A stretch of 62,918 bases of DNA from an uncultured delta proteobacterium (GTDB lineage: Bacteria > Myxococcota_A > Polyangia > Fen-1088), in contig CAWCMR010000016.1 of assembly GCA_963796685.1 (NCBI GenBank), positions 1 through 62,918 of the forward strand, read 5' to 3'. Numbering within the stretch: position 1 is the first letter of the stretch; each line of letters opens with the position of its first letter. Positions 41,296 to 50,022 of the stretch are shown piece after piece. The notes beneath the pieces were generated by a model. That model was not told the origin of the DNA. It made no database searches and saw only the letters and a program-made list of their open reading frames with translations. Both the position numbers and the translations under genes were made by a program.

Positions 41296-41458
41296 TTTCT
41301 AGCCAATTCCTCGACGGTAAACCTGGACAATACTATACACTTGTGCAGTTCCTATGGCAATGCGAATTGGAGCAGGAAAGGGTTCGATATTGTGGGGGCT
41401 GCCAAGCCGTGGAAAACCCCACGCCTGGCGCAGCTGGTGCTCTATACTTGCGTTGCAG

Positions 41459-41668
41459 ATGGCCTCAGCCACTTCCCCGGCCCGGCGCGTTTCCCGGATA
41501 TTCCGCGGTGGCACGCGTCCGCCTGAGAACGACCTTGTGCCGGGGACCGCTGCCGAACGCATGCAGATGATGTGGCCGCTGACGCTGGATGCGTGGGCGT
41601 TTCGTGGAGAACCGATTGAACCGCGACTACAACGACATACTGTCCGCATTGTGCGCGGAAGGCGCTGA
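41459..41668 (+). CDS. Small protein paired with nucleotidyltransferase
   Basis: 69 aa ..GTAAERMQMMWPLTLDAWAFRGEPIEPRLQRH..; overlaps the downstream NTase start. Confidence 0.55.
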   Translation: MASATSPARRVSRIFRGGTRPPENDLVPGTAAERMQMMWPLTLDAWAFRGEPIEPRLQRHTVRIVRGRR

Positions 41669-42110
41669 ATTCCTGATCGTCGGGGCTTACGCGGTCGGCG
41701 TGCACGGCATTCCCCGCGCCACGGGTGACATCGATATTTGGGTACGGCCGACCAGCGAAAATGCTACGCGGGTCATGCGGGCATTGAAACGCTTTGGCGC
41801 CGCACTCCTTGATCTGACCGAAGAAGACCTCGCGACGACCGACACGGTTTTCCAGATGGGCGTGGCTCCAAGTCGCATCGACATGATCACGGGGATCAGC
41901 GGAATGACCTTCGAGCGGGCCTGGCCCTCGCGCGTGACTGTTGCCATCGAGGGGCTGACGGTGCCCGTGATCGGAAGAGAGGATCTTCTCCTCAACAAGG
42001 CTGCTTCAGGCCGCCCCAAGGATCTGGCTGACCTGGCTGCGCTTGGGACAGGCCAGGCGACGAAGAAGCCGAACAAGTCGGGCCGCGGCCGACGAGGGCG
42101 ACGGGGGTGA
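41616..42110 (+). CDS. Minimal nucleotidyltransferase (Pol-beta superfamily)
   Basis: VGAYAVGVHGIPRATGDIDIW, NKAASGRPKDLADL; probable TTG start. Confidence 0.8.
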   Translation: MNRDYNDILSALCAEGAEFLIVGAYAVGVHGIPRATGDIDIWVRPTSENATRVMRALKRFGAALLDLTEEDLATTDTVFQMGVAPSRIDMITGISGMTFERAWPSRVTVAIEGLTVPVIGREDLLLNKAASGRPKDLADLAALGTGQATKKPNKSGRGRRGRRG

Positions 42111-42130
42111 CCGTGCGCCACGGAAAGTCC

Positions 42131-42164
42131 AAAACCAGGCGGCGCCCACGCGGGACGCCGCCTG
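42131..42164 (-). terminator. Probable terminator between convergent units
   Basis: caggcggcg..cgccgcctg stem preceded by aaaa. Confidence 0.55.
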
Positions 42165-42238
42165 ATTGTCGGGTCAGGCCTTGCGCGCCTCGATGACGCC
42201 GAAGGGCGACGGAGTCTGCACCACGCGAGACAGTGCAT

Positions 42239-42810
42239 TCATGACCGCTTCTCCGCCATGATCATCGTGGAGGGCATGCCCACGCTCGGTGTGAATTCGA
42301 CGCCTTTGAGGCCGGCCTCGGCAAGCCAGCGCCGGAAATCGGTTTCCGTGTAGGTCGAGCCCTTGCGGGTCCAGGCCAGCATGGTGGTGCGGAAGAGCGC
42401 GGCCATGGGGTTGGCCAGGGCGGCGTCGTAGACGAAGTCGTTGATGGCGATCCGACCGCCCGGGGCGAGCGCCGTGGCCACCTTCTTGGTCAGCCCCGAA
42501 CAGGTCGCGTCGTCGAAGTGGTGGTAGACGTGACTGAGCACGATCAAATCGTAAGGGCCGAGGTAGTCCGCTTCGAATAGATTGCCTTCGATGTACTGCA
42601 CGCGGGAAGTGTTGGCGCCCAGGCGATCGGCCCATTTCCTCGTCTCGACGAGGACGTTGGGCCAATCGAGCGAGGTAACGTGCACTTTGGGGCTCTTCGC
42701 CAGGGTCAGCCCGTAGATGCCGCTGCCGGCCGCGATGTCGAGCACGCGCACCTTCGCTTTGCCGCCCATCCACTGGCCAAGCATCGAGGCGCTGCTGCGG
42801 GCAAAGGTTT
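42239..42810 (-). pseudogene. Class I SAM-dependent (O-)methyltransferase, N-terminally truncated
   Basis: VLDIAAGSG, EGNLF, LSHVYHHF, LAPGGR; lacks a dimerisation N-terminus and a credible start before the repeat at 42865. Confidence 0.7.
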
Positions 42811-42864
42811 CCCCCGACGAGCAACAAAGGGACGCGACGCAACTGCGCAATTTCACGACGGGAG

Positions 42865-42890
42865 TCAACCCGTTCGGTGCTCTACGACAC
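42865..42890. repeat. 26-bp direct repeat copy 2, overlapping the ppk1 stop codon
   Basis: tcaacccgttcggtgctctacgacac vs copy at 68-93. Confidence 0.75.
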
Positions 42891-45131
42891 GAGCACGGGC
42901 GGCGGCGTCCGGATGGACGGCACGTCGCCTTCGGGCGATCGGGCGTGGGTCGGCTTGGCGAGCACGAAGACGGGTCCGCCCAAGGGCGTTTCCTTGTGTG
43001 CGCTCGGGGTCGCCAGCTCCTGGCTGCGTTTGCGCGCCATGGCCACGAAGCTTTCCTGGCTGCGCACCCGTGGGGCGTCCTTGTCCGGAGCCACGCGCTG
43101 GTAGGTACCGTCCGGAAGCAACACGCGCGCGCGCACGTTGTCGGCCAACTGGGTGGCCAGAATCTCTTTCAAGATGCGCGCACGCAGGGTTTCGTCGTCG
43201 ATGGGAAACATGACCTCGATCCGGCGCACGAAATTGCGCGGCATCCAATCGGCCGACGAAAGGTAGACCTCGTTCTTGCCGCCGGCCTCGAAGTAGAAGA
43301 TGCGCGCGTGCTCGAGGAAGCGATCCACCGTGCTGGTCACGCGGATGTTTTCGCTTTGTCCCCGGATACCGGGCTGCAGGCAACAGATGCCCCGCACGAG
43401 CAGGTCGATGCGCACGCTCTGCTGCGAGGCCCGGTAGAGCGCGCGGATGACGTCCGGATCGACCAGGGAATTCATCTTGGCGATGATGTGTCCCTTGTCG
43501 CCGAAGGTGCTTTCGCGCGCGATGAGCTCGAGGATGCGCTCCTTGAGCCCGAGCGGCGCCACCGTGAATCGCTTCCACGAGGGCGGCGCAGAATACCCCG
43601 TGATCAGGTTGAACAAGGCCCCGGCGTCGTCGGCAAAGTCCTCGCGCGCGGTGAGATAGGAGAGGTCGCTGTACACACGCGCGGTCGCCGGGTTGTAATT
43701 GCCGGTGGACAGGTGGACGTATCGGCGGATCACGCCGAGCTCGCGACGAACCACCAGCGCGACCTTGCAATGGGTCTTGAACCCTATCAGGCCGTAGACC
43801 ACGTGGACGCCCGACTCTTCCAGCACGCGCGCCCACGCGATGTTGCGGCCTTCGTCGAAGCGCGCCTTGATCTCCACCACCGCGGTGACCTGCTTGCCGT
43901 TCTCCGCCGCGCGGATGAGCGCGCTGATGACGGGCGAATCCGCGCTGGTCCGGTACAGCGTCTGCTTGATGGCCAGCACGTCGGGGTCGTCGGCCGCCTC
44001 GGACACGAAATCGACGACGTGATCGAACGACTCGTAGGGGTGGTGCAGAAGGATGTCGCGCTCGGCGAGGGTCTTGAAGATCTCGCCTTCGTGCAACTGG
44101 GGAACCATCTGGGGCGCGAAGGGCTCGTCGTGGAAATCGCCCAGCAGCGGATGGTTGGCAAGCGGGGCCAGGTCGCCCATGCGCAGGGGGCCGTCCACGC
44201 GATACACGTCGGAGGGCTCGAGGCGCAAGGCCCCGCGCAGAAAGGCCTCGACCTCGGTGGGTGCGTCGCTGGCGACTTCCAAGCGCACCGCCTGCCCGCG
44301 CTCGCGCTTGCGCAACTCGCGCTGAATGGTCTTGAGCAGATCGTCCGCCTCGTCCTCGTCGATGGACAGATCGAAATTGCGCGTAACGCGAAACGGGCTG
44401 CACCCGACCACGCGAAAGCCCGGGAAGAGATCGCCCACGTCCATGGCGATCAGATCTTCCAGCAGGATGAACGCGGCCTGTCCTTCGCGGGCCGGCTCGA
44501 CCTCCACCAATCGGGGCAGCACGCCGGGAACCTGCACCACGGCGAAGATGATTTGCCGACGGGCGACGCGCTGGCGTTCCTTGTGTAGAAGAATGGCCAG
44601 GTTCAAGCTGCGATTGCGTAGCGTGGGAAAGGGATGTCCCTGATCCACGGCAAGCGGCGTGAGCACGGGCCACACGTCGCGGGCAAAGCGGACTTGCAAG
44701 GCGGAGCGCTGGCTCCCGGTGAGGTCGCCGGGCCTGACGAACTGGATTCCCGCCTTGTTCGCCAGCTTGGGCGCGATGTCCCCGCGCCAATTCTGGTACA
44801 GCGTCCGAATCATGTCGTGGGTGCGCGTGCTGATGCGAGCCAGCTGTTCGACGGGCGGCATGCCGTCGGCGTTCACGTCGACCACCCCGCCCGCGACCAA
44901 TTGCTTGAGCCCGGCCACGCGGACCATGAAGAACTCGTCGAGGTTGCTGGCGACGATGGCCTGGAACTTCAGCCGCTCGGCCAACTGAACCGTGGTGTCG
45001 CACGCCTCTTCGAGGACGCGGGCATTGAATTCCAACCAGGAGAGCTCGCGGTTAAAGAAGGTCCCCGGCTGGCTGTCGACCTGTTCCGCAACCGCCTGCG
45101 ATTTCTCCTTATTGGAAGCCCGGGAAGTCAA
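42882..45131 (-). CDS. ppk1: Polyphosphate kinase 1
   Basis: FNRELSWLEFNARVL, SNLDEFFMVRV, LLHHPYESF, KQTLYRT, KTHCK, STGNYN, RFLEHARI, SSADWMPRN. Confidence 0.97.
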   Translation of the reverse strand: MTSRASNKEKSQAVAEQVDSQPGTFFNRELSWLEFNARVLEEACDTTVQLAERLKFQAIVASNLDEFFMVRVAGLKQLVAGGVVDVNADGMPPVEQLARISTRTHDMIRTLYQNWRGDIAPKLANKAGIQFVRPGDLTGSQRSALQVRFARDVWPVLTPLAVDQGHPFPTLRNRSLNLAILLHKERQRVARRQIIFAVVQVPGVLPRLVEVEPAREGQAAFILLEDLIAMDVGDLFPGFRVVGCSPFRVTRNFDLSIDEDEADDLLKTIQRELRKRERGQAVRLEVASDAPTEVEAFLRGALRLEPSDVYRVDGPLRMGDLAPLANHPLLGDFHDEPFAPQMVPQLHEGEIFKTLAERDILLHHPYESFDHVVDFVSEAADDPDVLAIKQTLYRTSADSPVISALIRAAENGKQVTAVVEIKARFDEGRNIAWARVLEESGVHVVYGLIGFKTHCKVALVVRRELGVIRRYVHLSTGNYNPATARVYSDLSYLTAREDFADDAGALFNLITGYSAPPSWKRFTVAPLGLKERILELIARESTFGDKGHIIAKMNSLVDPDVIRALYRASQQSVRIDLLVRGICCLQPGIRGQSENIRVTSTVDRFLEHARIFYFEAGGKNEVYLSSADWMPRNFVRRIEVMFPIDDETLRARILKEILATQLADNVRARVLLPDGTYQRVAPDKDAPRVRSQESFVAMARKRSQELATPSAHKETPLGGPVFVLAKPTHARSPEGDVPSIRTPPPVLVS

Positions 45132-45164
45132 GGCCGGTAAGTCTGGCCCGCGGTTCGAGCGATG

Positions 45165-46730
45165 TCATGTGACAATTCTGCGACGATTCTTCGGCCCCAA
45201 GCCCCTGGCGTGATTCTTCGAGAGCGCGGCCGCCACGACCAGCCTGGTGGAGAAAACCCTATGGAAAAGCTGGGCTTCATGCCCCACGTCCCACAATTCG
45301 AGATCCGCCGGCCCCTGGGTTTGCAGCCGCAGCACGGCTTTTCCATCCGTAACCTCGGCGCGTATATTGCTTATGGGCTGCGCGTGGCTGCGGTCCAGGG
45401 CGTCCGCGACCCGCAGTAGCGTGGCCAGCTTGCGCACATAACGCGCCTCGCTGGTCGAGAGGCCCTCCATGCCAGGATGGTGCAGATCGGGGGGACTGCG
45501 GCGATGGAAACGGGCGATGCGCGCCACGATGTCGCGTTCGCGATCCGCGAGACCCGGAATATCGCCGTTGCGCACGAGGTACTCGGTGTGACGGTGATGC
45601 TTCTGGTAGCTCACCGAATGGCCGATGTCGTGCAACACCGCCGCGACCTCGAGGTAGGGACGCACCGCCATGGGCAAGCGGTGCAGCCCCGCCAGTTGAT
45701 CGAACATGGCGATGGCAAGCCTGGCGACCTGCATGGCGTGGGCCTCGTCGAAGAAGAAGCGCCTGCCCATGGTGCGCGCAGCGTCGATCAGCGACGAATC
45801 GTCCGCATCGCGGAAACGCCTGCGCACCAGATCCACGAGCACCCCGTGCCGCAAACCCCGATCGACCGCGGTGACCGCGTGCAGCGAAAGATGATGGGCC
45901 AGCGCCTCCAAGATCACGGCACCGGCCACGATGACGTCGGCGCGCCGGGTGTCGAAACGCTGGTGACGTTCGTCGGGATCCATGCGCGCCAGCTTCTCCA
46001 CGGCGTGCGAGATCTGTTCGGCCGTGGCGTGCGCCGTGCCCTCGGCTGCGGCCATGCCGATGATGGCCCGGATCGAGCCCGAGCTGCCCAGCGCCACGCG
46101 CGGGAAGCCACGGATCCCTGGCGGCAGCGAATCCTCCACGGCCTCGCGCGCGAACTCGCGCAGCAGGCGAAGCTGCTTCGTGGACACATCGCGATGACTC
46201 TTGAAGATCTCGGTCAAGCGAACGGAGCCGATGGCCACGCTCCACAATTTCGAGGGTTGGTCGCCGATGGCGCCAGCCACCTCGGTCGAGCCGCCGCCGA
46301 TGTCGAGGCAAAGCGAACGCGCCTTGGGGGGCCGCCCGGACAGTACGCCCAGACACATGAGGCGCGCTTCCTCCTTGCCCGAGATGGCTTCGAGCTCCAG
46401 ACCCGCCTCGCGCTTGACCCGGCGGATGATGTCTTCGCGATTCTTGGCCTCGCGCAAGGCGCTGGTGCCCACGGCGCGCACGCGTGCCTGGTGCCGCTTG
46501 CAAATGATGGCGTAGCGGCGCAGGACGCCCACCAGACGGTCGACGACGATCGGGGGAATGAAGCCGGTCTGGAACAGTCCCTCGCCGGGGCGAACGGGAT
46601 CGCGCTCCTGGCGCACCGACTCGATGCTGCCGTCGGAAAAGCCGCGCGCGATTTCCAGGCGAACGGCATTGGCGCCGACATCGATGGCCGCAATCAGGGT
46701 TTCGGTCGCTTTGGGTTTCATCCTGGACAC
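45165..46730 (-). CDS. ppx: Exopolyphosphatase Ppx/GppA with HD domain
   Basis: AAIDVGANAVR, GTSALREAKN, ISGKEEAR, DIGGGSTE, LHDIG. Confidence 0.92.
   Translation of the reverse strand: MSRMKPKATETLIAAIDVGANAVRLEIARGFSDGSIESVRQERDPVRPGEGLFQTGFIPPIVVDRLVGVLRRYAIICKRHQARVRAVGTSALREAKNREDIIRRVKREAGLELEAISGKEEARLMCLGVLSGRPPKARSLCLDIGGGSTEVAGAIGDQPSKLWSVAIGSVRLTEIFKSHRDVSTKQLRLLREFAREAVEDSLPPGIRGFPRVALGSSGSIRAIIGMAAAEGTAHATAEQISHAVEKLARMDPDERHQRFDTRRADVIVAGAVILEALAHHLSLHAVTAVDRGLRHGVLVDLVRRRFRDADDSSLIDAARTMGRRFFFDEAHAMQVARLAIAMFDQLAGLHRLPMAVRPYLEVAAVLHDIGHSVSYQKHHRHTEYLVRNGDIPGLADRERDIVARIARFHRRSPPDLHHPGMEGLSTSEARYVRKLATLLRVADALDRSHAQPISNIRAEVTDGKAVLRLQTQGPADLELWDVGHEAQLFHRVFSTRLVVAAALSKNHARGLGPKNRRRIVT
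45169..45186 (-). promoter_or_regulatory. Pho-box-like site upstream of ppk1, inside the ppx 3' end
   Basis: Minus strand TCGTCGC-agaa-TTGTCAC with 11-bp period; first half-site degenerate. Confidence 0.45.
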
Positions 46731-46739
46731 GATTTCGGG

Positions 46740-47603
46740 CTAGGCCCCCGCCAACTTGCGGCGCAACTTGTGCAGCGCCGCTTGGCGCTCTTTCGAGACC
46801 TCGGGATAGCTCAAATCCAGCTCGGCCATGCGCTGGGTGATGATCTCCGCCACGGCGACGCGCGTGTACCATTTGTTGTCCGCGGGAACGGCGTACCACG
46901 GGGCGTGCTTGGTGCTCGTGTTTTGCAGCATGTCCTCGTAGGCCTTCATGTAGTCGTTCCACAGCGCTCGCTCGGCCACGTCGGATTCGGCGAATTTCCA
47001 GTTCTTGCTCGGCTTGTCGAGGCGCTTGAGCAGGCGCTTGAGCTGGGCGTCTCGCGAAACGTTGAGGAAGATCTTGATGGGCACCACGGCGTTGTTGACC
47101 AGATAGCGCTCCACCGCATTGATGTCCTCGAAACGGCGCCGCCACACGTCTTTCCTGCACGGCTCGGGAAGACTCTGCTTGTCGAGGAATTGAGGGTGCA
47201 CCCGCACCACCAGCACCTCTTCATAGTAGGAACGGTTGAAGATTCCGATGCGCCCGCGCTCGGGCATGTTCTTCATGTAGCGCCACATGAAGTCGTGATC
47301 GAGCTCCTCGCGCGACGGCTCCTTGAAGCTCACCACCTGGCAACCTTGTGGGTTCACGCCCGACATGACGAACTTGATTGTGCTGTCCTTGCCGGCGGCA
47401 TCCATGGCCTGCAGCACGACCAGCACGGCCCACTTGTCCTGCGCGTAGAGCTTGTCCTGCATCTCGGCCAAGGAATTCCGGCACTTCTCCAGCATGGAGA
47501 GGCCTTCCTTCTCGTCGCGAACGCCCTCGGTGCTGTCGGTGGGAAGCTTCTCCACCGAGAGCTTCTTGCCGCTGCTCGGGACCAGAAAGTGCTGGATGTT
47601 CAT
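46740..47603 (-). CDS. ppk2: Polyphosphate kinase 2 family protein
   Basis: QAMDAAGKDSTIK, FNRSYYEEVLVVRVH, APWYAVPADNKW; start ATG 47603. Confidence 0.92.
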   Translation of the reverse strand: MNIQHFLVPSSGKKLSVEKLPTDSTEGVRDEKEGLSMLEKCRNSLAEMQDKLYAQDKWAVLVVLQAMDAAGKDSTIKFVMSGVNPQGCQVVSFKEPSREELDHDFMWRYMKNMPERGRIGIFNRSYYEEVLVVRVHPQFLDKQSLPEPCRKDVWRRRFEDINAVERYLVNNAVVPIKIFLNVSRDAQLKRLLKRLDKPSKNWKFAESDVAERALWNDYMKAYEDMLQNTSTKHAPWYAVPADNKWYTRVAVAEIITQRMAELDLSYPEVSKERQAALHKLRRKLAGA

Positions 47604-47652
47604 GATGGCCTCGCTCGGGGAAATGGAATGAAGAGAATGTCCTACTCGGTGC

Positions 47653-50022
47653 TCAAGGCAAGAGGGGCGGATCGGCTTTTTGCGCCAGCTCCAGAGCGTA
47701 CCCCGGAAACCACGTCCCCGCGGCAGGATCGACCATGCCCCAAAGCGGGTCGAAGTGCTTCTGGCTATCGCCGACGATACCCCAAGGATTGTACCGTTCG
47801 TAGCTCCACGCCCGCGCGCCTCCCGCGACGTCGCACGATCCGTCCGATTCTCCGACGGTCTTGATCCACAGGTACGCGTCCAACAGATCCACGCCCGTCG
47901 CGGTGGTGGGCCGCACGCCAAGCCCCGTGCCCGGTGGGTTGCACCAGGCGCCCGCGGCCAGGCCACGGATGACGGCATCGGGCTGGGCAAAGGGCGCCTC
48001 GGCGTAGCGAGCGGTATCGAGCGGACCCCGTCCGCTGCGGCCGGTGTCGATCACGAAGTGGGCAAGCGCGGCCGAATCCGCGGTGACGTTTTTCGCGTAC
48101 CACGCCTCCGTTTGTGCCCAGGCAGCCTCGTCGCCCGCGCTCTCGTCCATGGGTTGACTGGCGCAGCGGCGAAAGGCGCCGGGGGTCCCTGCCTCGTTCC
48201 TGCCCAGGGTCGCGTACCTCAGACACTTCGAGATCCAGGTGGCGTAACGGATGGAATGCCGGACGAGCTGAAAATTCGAGACATTGACGGCAAAGCCCTG
48301 CGCCCCGAGCACGCCGCTGCGGTACAGACGGTAGGCAGCCTCGCCCACGGGCAACCAGGCGGCATGGGTGCCGTCGAGATAGACCAGCGCATGGGGAGCC
48401 AGCTTGGCCAAGCTGGCCGTGGCGTATCGGATCTGCGCGTAGGCTTCGTCGGCGGTGGCCCCCGGCGCCGGTATCATCTTGCCGCGGCCATCGGTCACGG
48501 TGGGCCGGCACGAGTCGGCGGTGCCGTCGAGGCTGGTGCTGTAGGGAATCATGCCCGTGCTGTCGGGTTCCAGGATCACCAGCGCGCGCTCGTTGCCGAG
48601 GCCGCGCGCGAACCCGTCGATCCACGCCTGGTAGGCGGCCGTGTTCTGGGCCCCCCCCGCGCTGAAGCCCGCGCAGTCGCGGTAGGGCCGGTTGCTGGCG
48701 ACCAGCACGCGCAGGGCGAGATCCCGCGCGGCTCTGACCATGGCATTGCTCACGGCGCCCTGGACCTCCTCGGGCGTGCCCTTGGAAAACCAGATGGCCT
48801 GCGGAACCGCTTCCATAGCCGTGATGGCCGCCGCCTCTCGCCCCGCGTTCGACTTCGCCAGGGCCGCGATCTGCTCGACCGCGCCCGGATTGGGCGGCGG
48901 CACGAAGAGACGGGTGCCGGTGGGATAGGACCGTCGCGCGATGTCGGGCGCCTTGTGCCGCGCGGGAAGAAGAGCGAGGACAAGAGCGAGGACGAGCGCA
49001 AGCGCAACCGCCGCCGCCGAGGCGACGATATAGACGCCTGCGCGGCGGTGCTCGAGCAGACCGGGTCCGAGGCCGACGTCCTTGTCGTCGTCATGGCGGG
49101 CGGAACCCGCGACGGTGGTCGCGTTGGCCTCGCGTGCGTCGCTCGGCGACGGCCACACCTCGCGCTTGGCGAAGGGCGCAAGCTCCTGGGCAAAGGCCTC
49201 GACCGAGTCCGGGCGTTCGCGTGGCTCGGAGCTGAGCGCGCGGTTCACGCTCGCGGTCAGGGCCTCGGGAAGCCCGAGGTCGCTGCCGTCGAGAGGCAGC
49301 GCGGGCTGCGTGCAGATGTGGTGAAGGATGGCGTTGTGCGAATCCCCGGGGTGGGGCTTCTTCCCCGAGAGCAGCTCGTAGAGAACGGCGCCGAGCCCGT
49401 AAATGTCGGTGCGATGATCCACCGTCTTCTCGCCGCGCGCCTGCTCGGGCGAGAGGTAGGCGGGCGTGCCCAGGATGGTCCCCGTGCGCGTCTCCGCGCT
49501 TTGGACCGCCTCCAGCTTCGCGATGCCGAAGTCGAGCACCTTGACCAGATCGGTTCCGTCCTCGCGGCGGCACACGAAGAGGTTCTGCGGGTTGAGGTCG
49601 CGGTGGACGATCCCGGCCTTGTGCGCCACCCCCACCCCGCGGCACGCCTGCGCGACGATGTCCGTGGCGCGCGACACGGGCAGGCGTCGGCTGCGGTCCA
49701 TGAGAACGCGCAGGCTCTCGCCGGCCAGGTACTCCATGACGATGTAGGGCGAGCCGCTCTCGGCGATGCCGAAGTCGACGGCGGCGGCGATGTTCTCGCT
49801 TTCGAGCTCGCCCGCGGTCTGAGCTTCGCGCTGAAAACGCGCCAGGCTCTCCCGTTGCGACGCCAGCTCGGCGTGCAGCAGCTTGACCGCGAATCGTCGT
49901 TTGACCACGGTGTGCTGGGCCTCGTACACGGCGCCCATGCCACCCGAAGCAAGAAAGCGAACCAGCCGGTATTTTCCCCCGACGATTTCCCCGACCTTGA
50001 TGTTGTAGGGCGCGCCCGTCAC
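47653..50022 (-). CDS. Ser/Thr protein kinase - transmembrane helix - GH6 glycoside hydrolase domain fusion
   Basis: GTG start overlapping upstream TGA; kinase GGMGAVY, AVK, VHRDLNPQN, DFG, GTPAYLSPEQ; TM VYIVASAAAVALALVLALVLALL; GH6 RDC, ILEPD, NVSNF, FVIDTGR, WCNPPG.GLG, DAYLWIK..GESDG, AGTWF. Confidence 0.85.
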   Translation of the reverse strand: MTGAPYNIKVGEIVGGKYRLVRFLASGGMGAVYEAQHTVVKRRFAVKLLHAELASQRESLARFQREAQTAGELESENIAAAVDFGIAESGSPYIVMEYLAGESLRVLMDRSRRLPVSRATDIVAQACRGVGVAHKAGIVHRDLNPQNLFVCRREDGTDLVKVLDFGIAKLEAVQSAETRTGTILGTPAYLSPEQARGEKTVDHRTDIYGLGAVLYELLSGKKPHPGDSHNAILHHICTQPALPLDGSDLGLPEALTASVNRALSSEPRERPDSVEAFAQELAPFAKREVWPSPSDAREANATTVAGSARHDDDKDVGLGPGLLEHRRAGVYIVASAAAVALALVLALVLALLPARHKAPDIARRSYPTGTRLFVPPPNPGAVEQIAALAKSNAGREAAAITAMEAVPQAIWFSKGTPEEVQGAVSNAMVRAARDLALRVLVASNRPYRDCAGFSAGGAQNTAAYQAWIDGFARGLGNERALVILEPDSTGMIPYSTSLDGTADSCRPTVTDGRGKMIPAPGATADEAYAQIRYATASLAKLAPHALVYLDGTHAAWLPVGEAAYRLYRSGVLGAQGFAVNVSNFQLVRHSIRYATWISKCLRYATLGRNEAGTPGAFRRCASQPMDESAGDEAAWAQTEAWYAKNVTADSAALAHFVIDTGRSGRGPLDTARYAEAPFAQPDAVIRGLAAGAWCNPPGTGLGVRPTTATGVDLLDAYLWIKTVGESDGSCDVAGGARAWSYERYNPWGIVGDSQKHFDPLWGMVDPAAGTWFPGYALELAQKADPPLLP

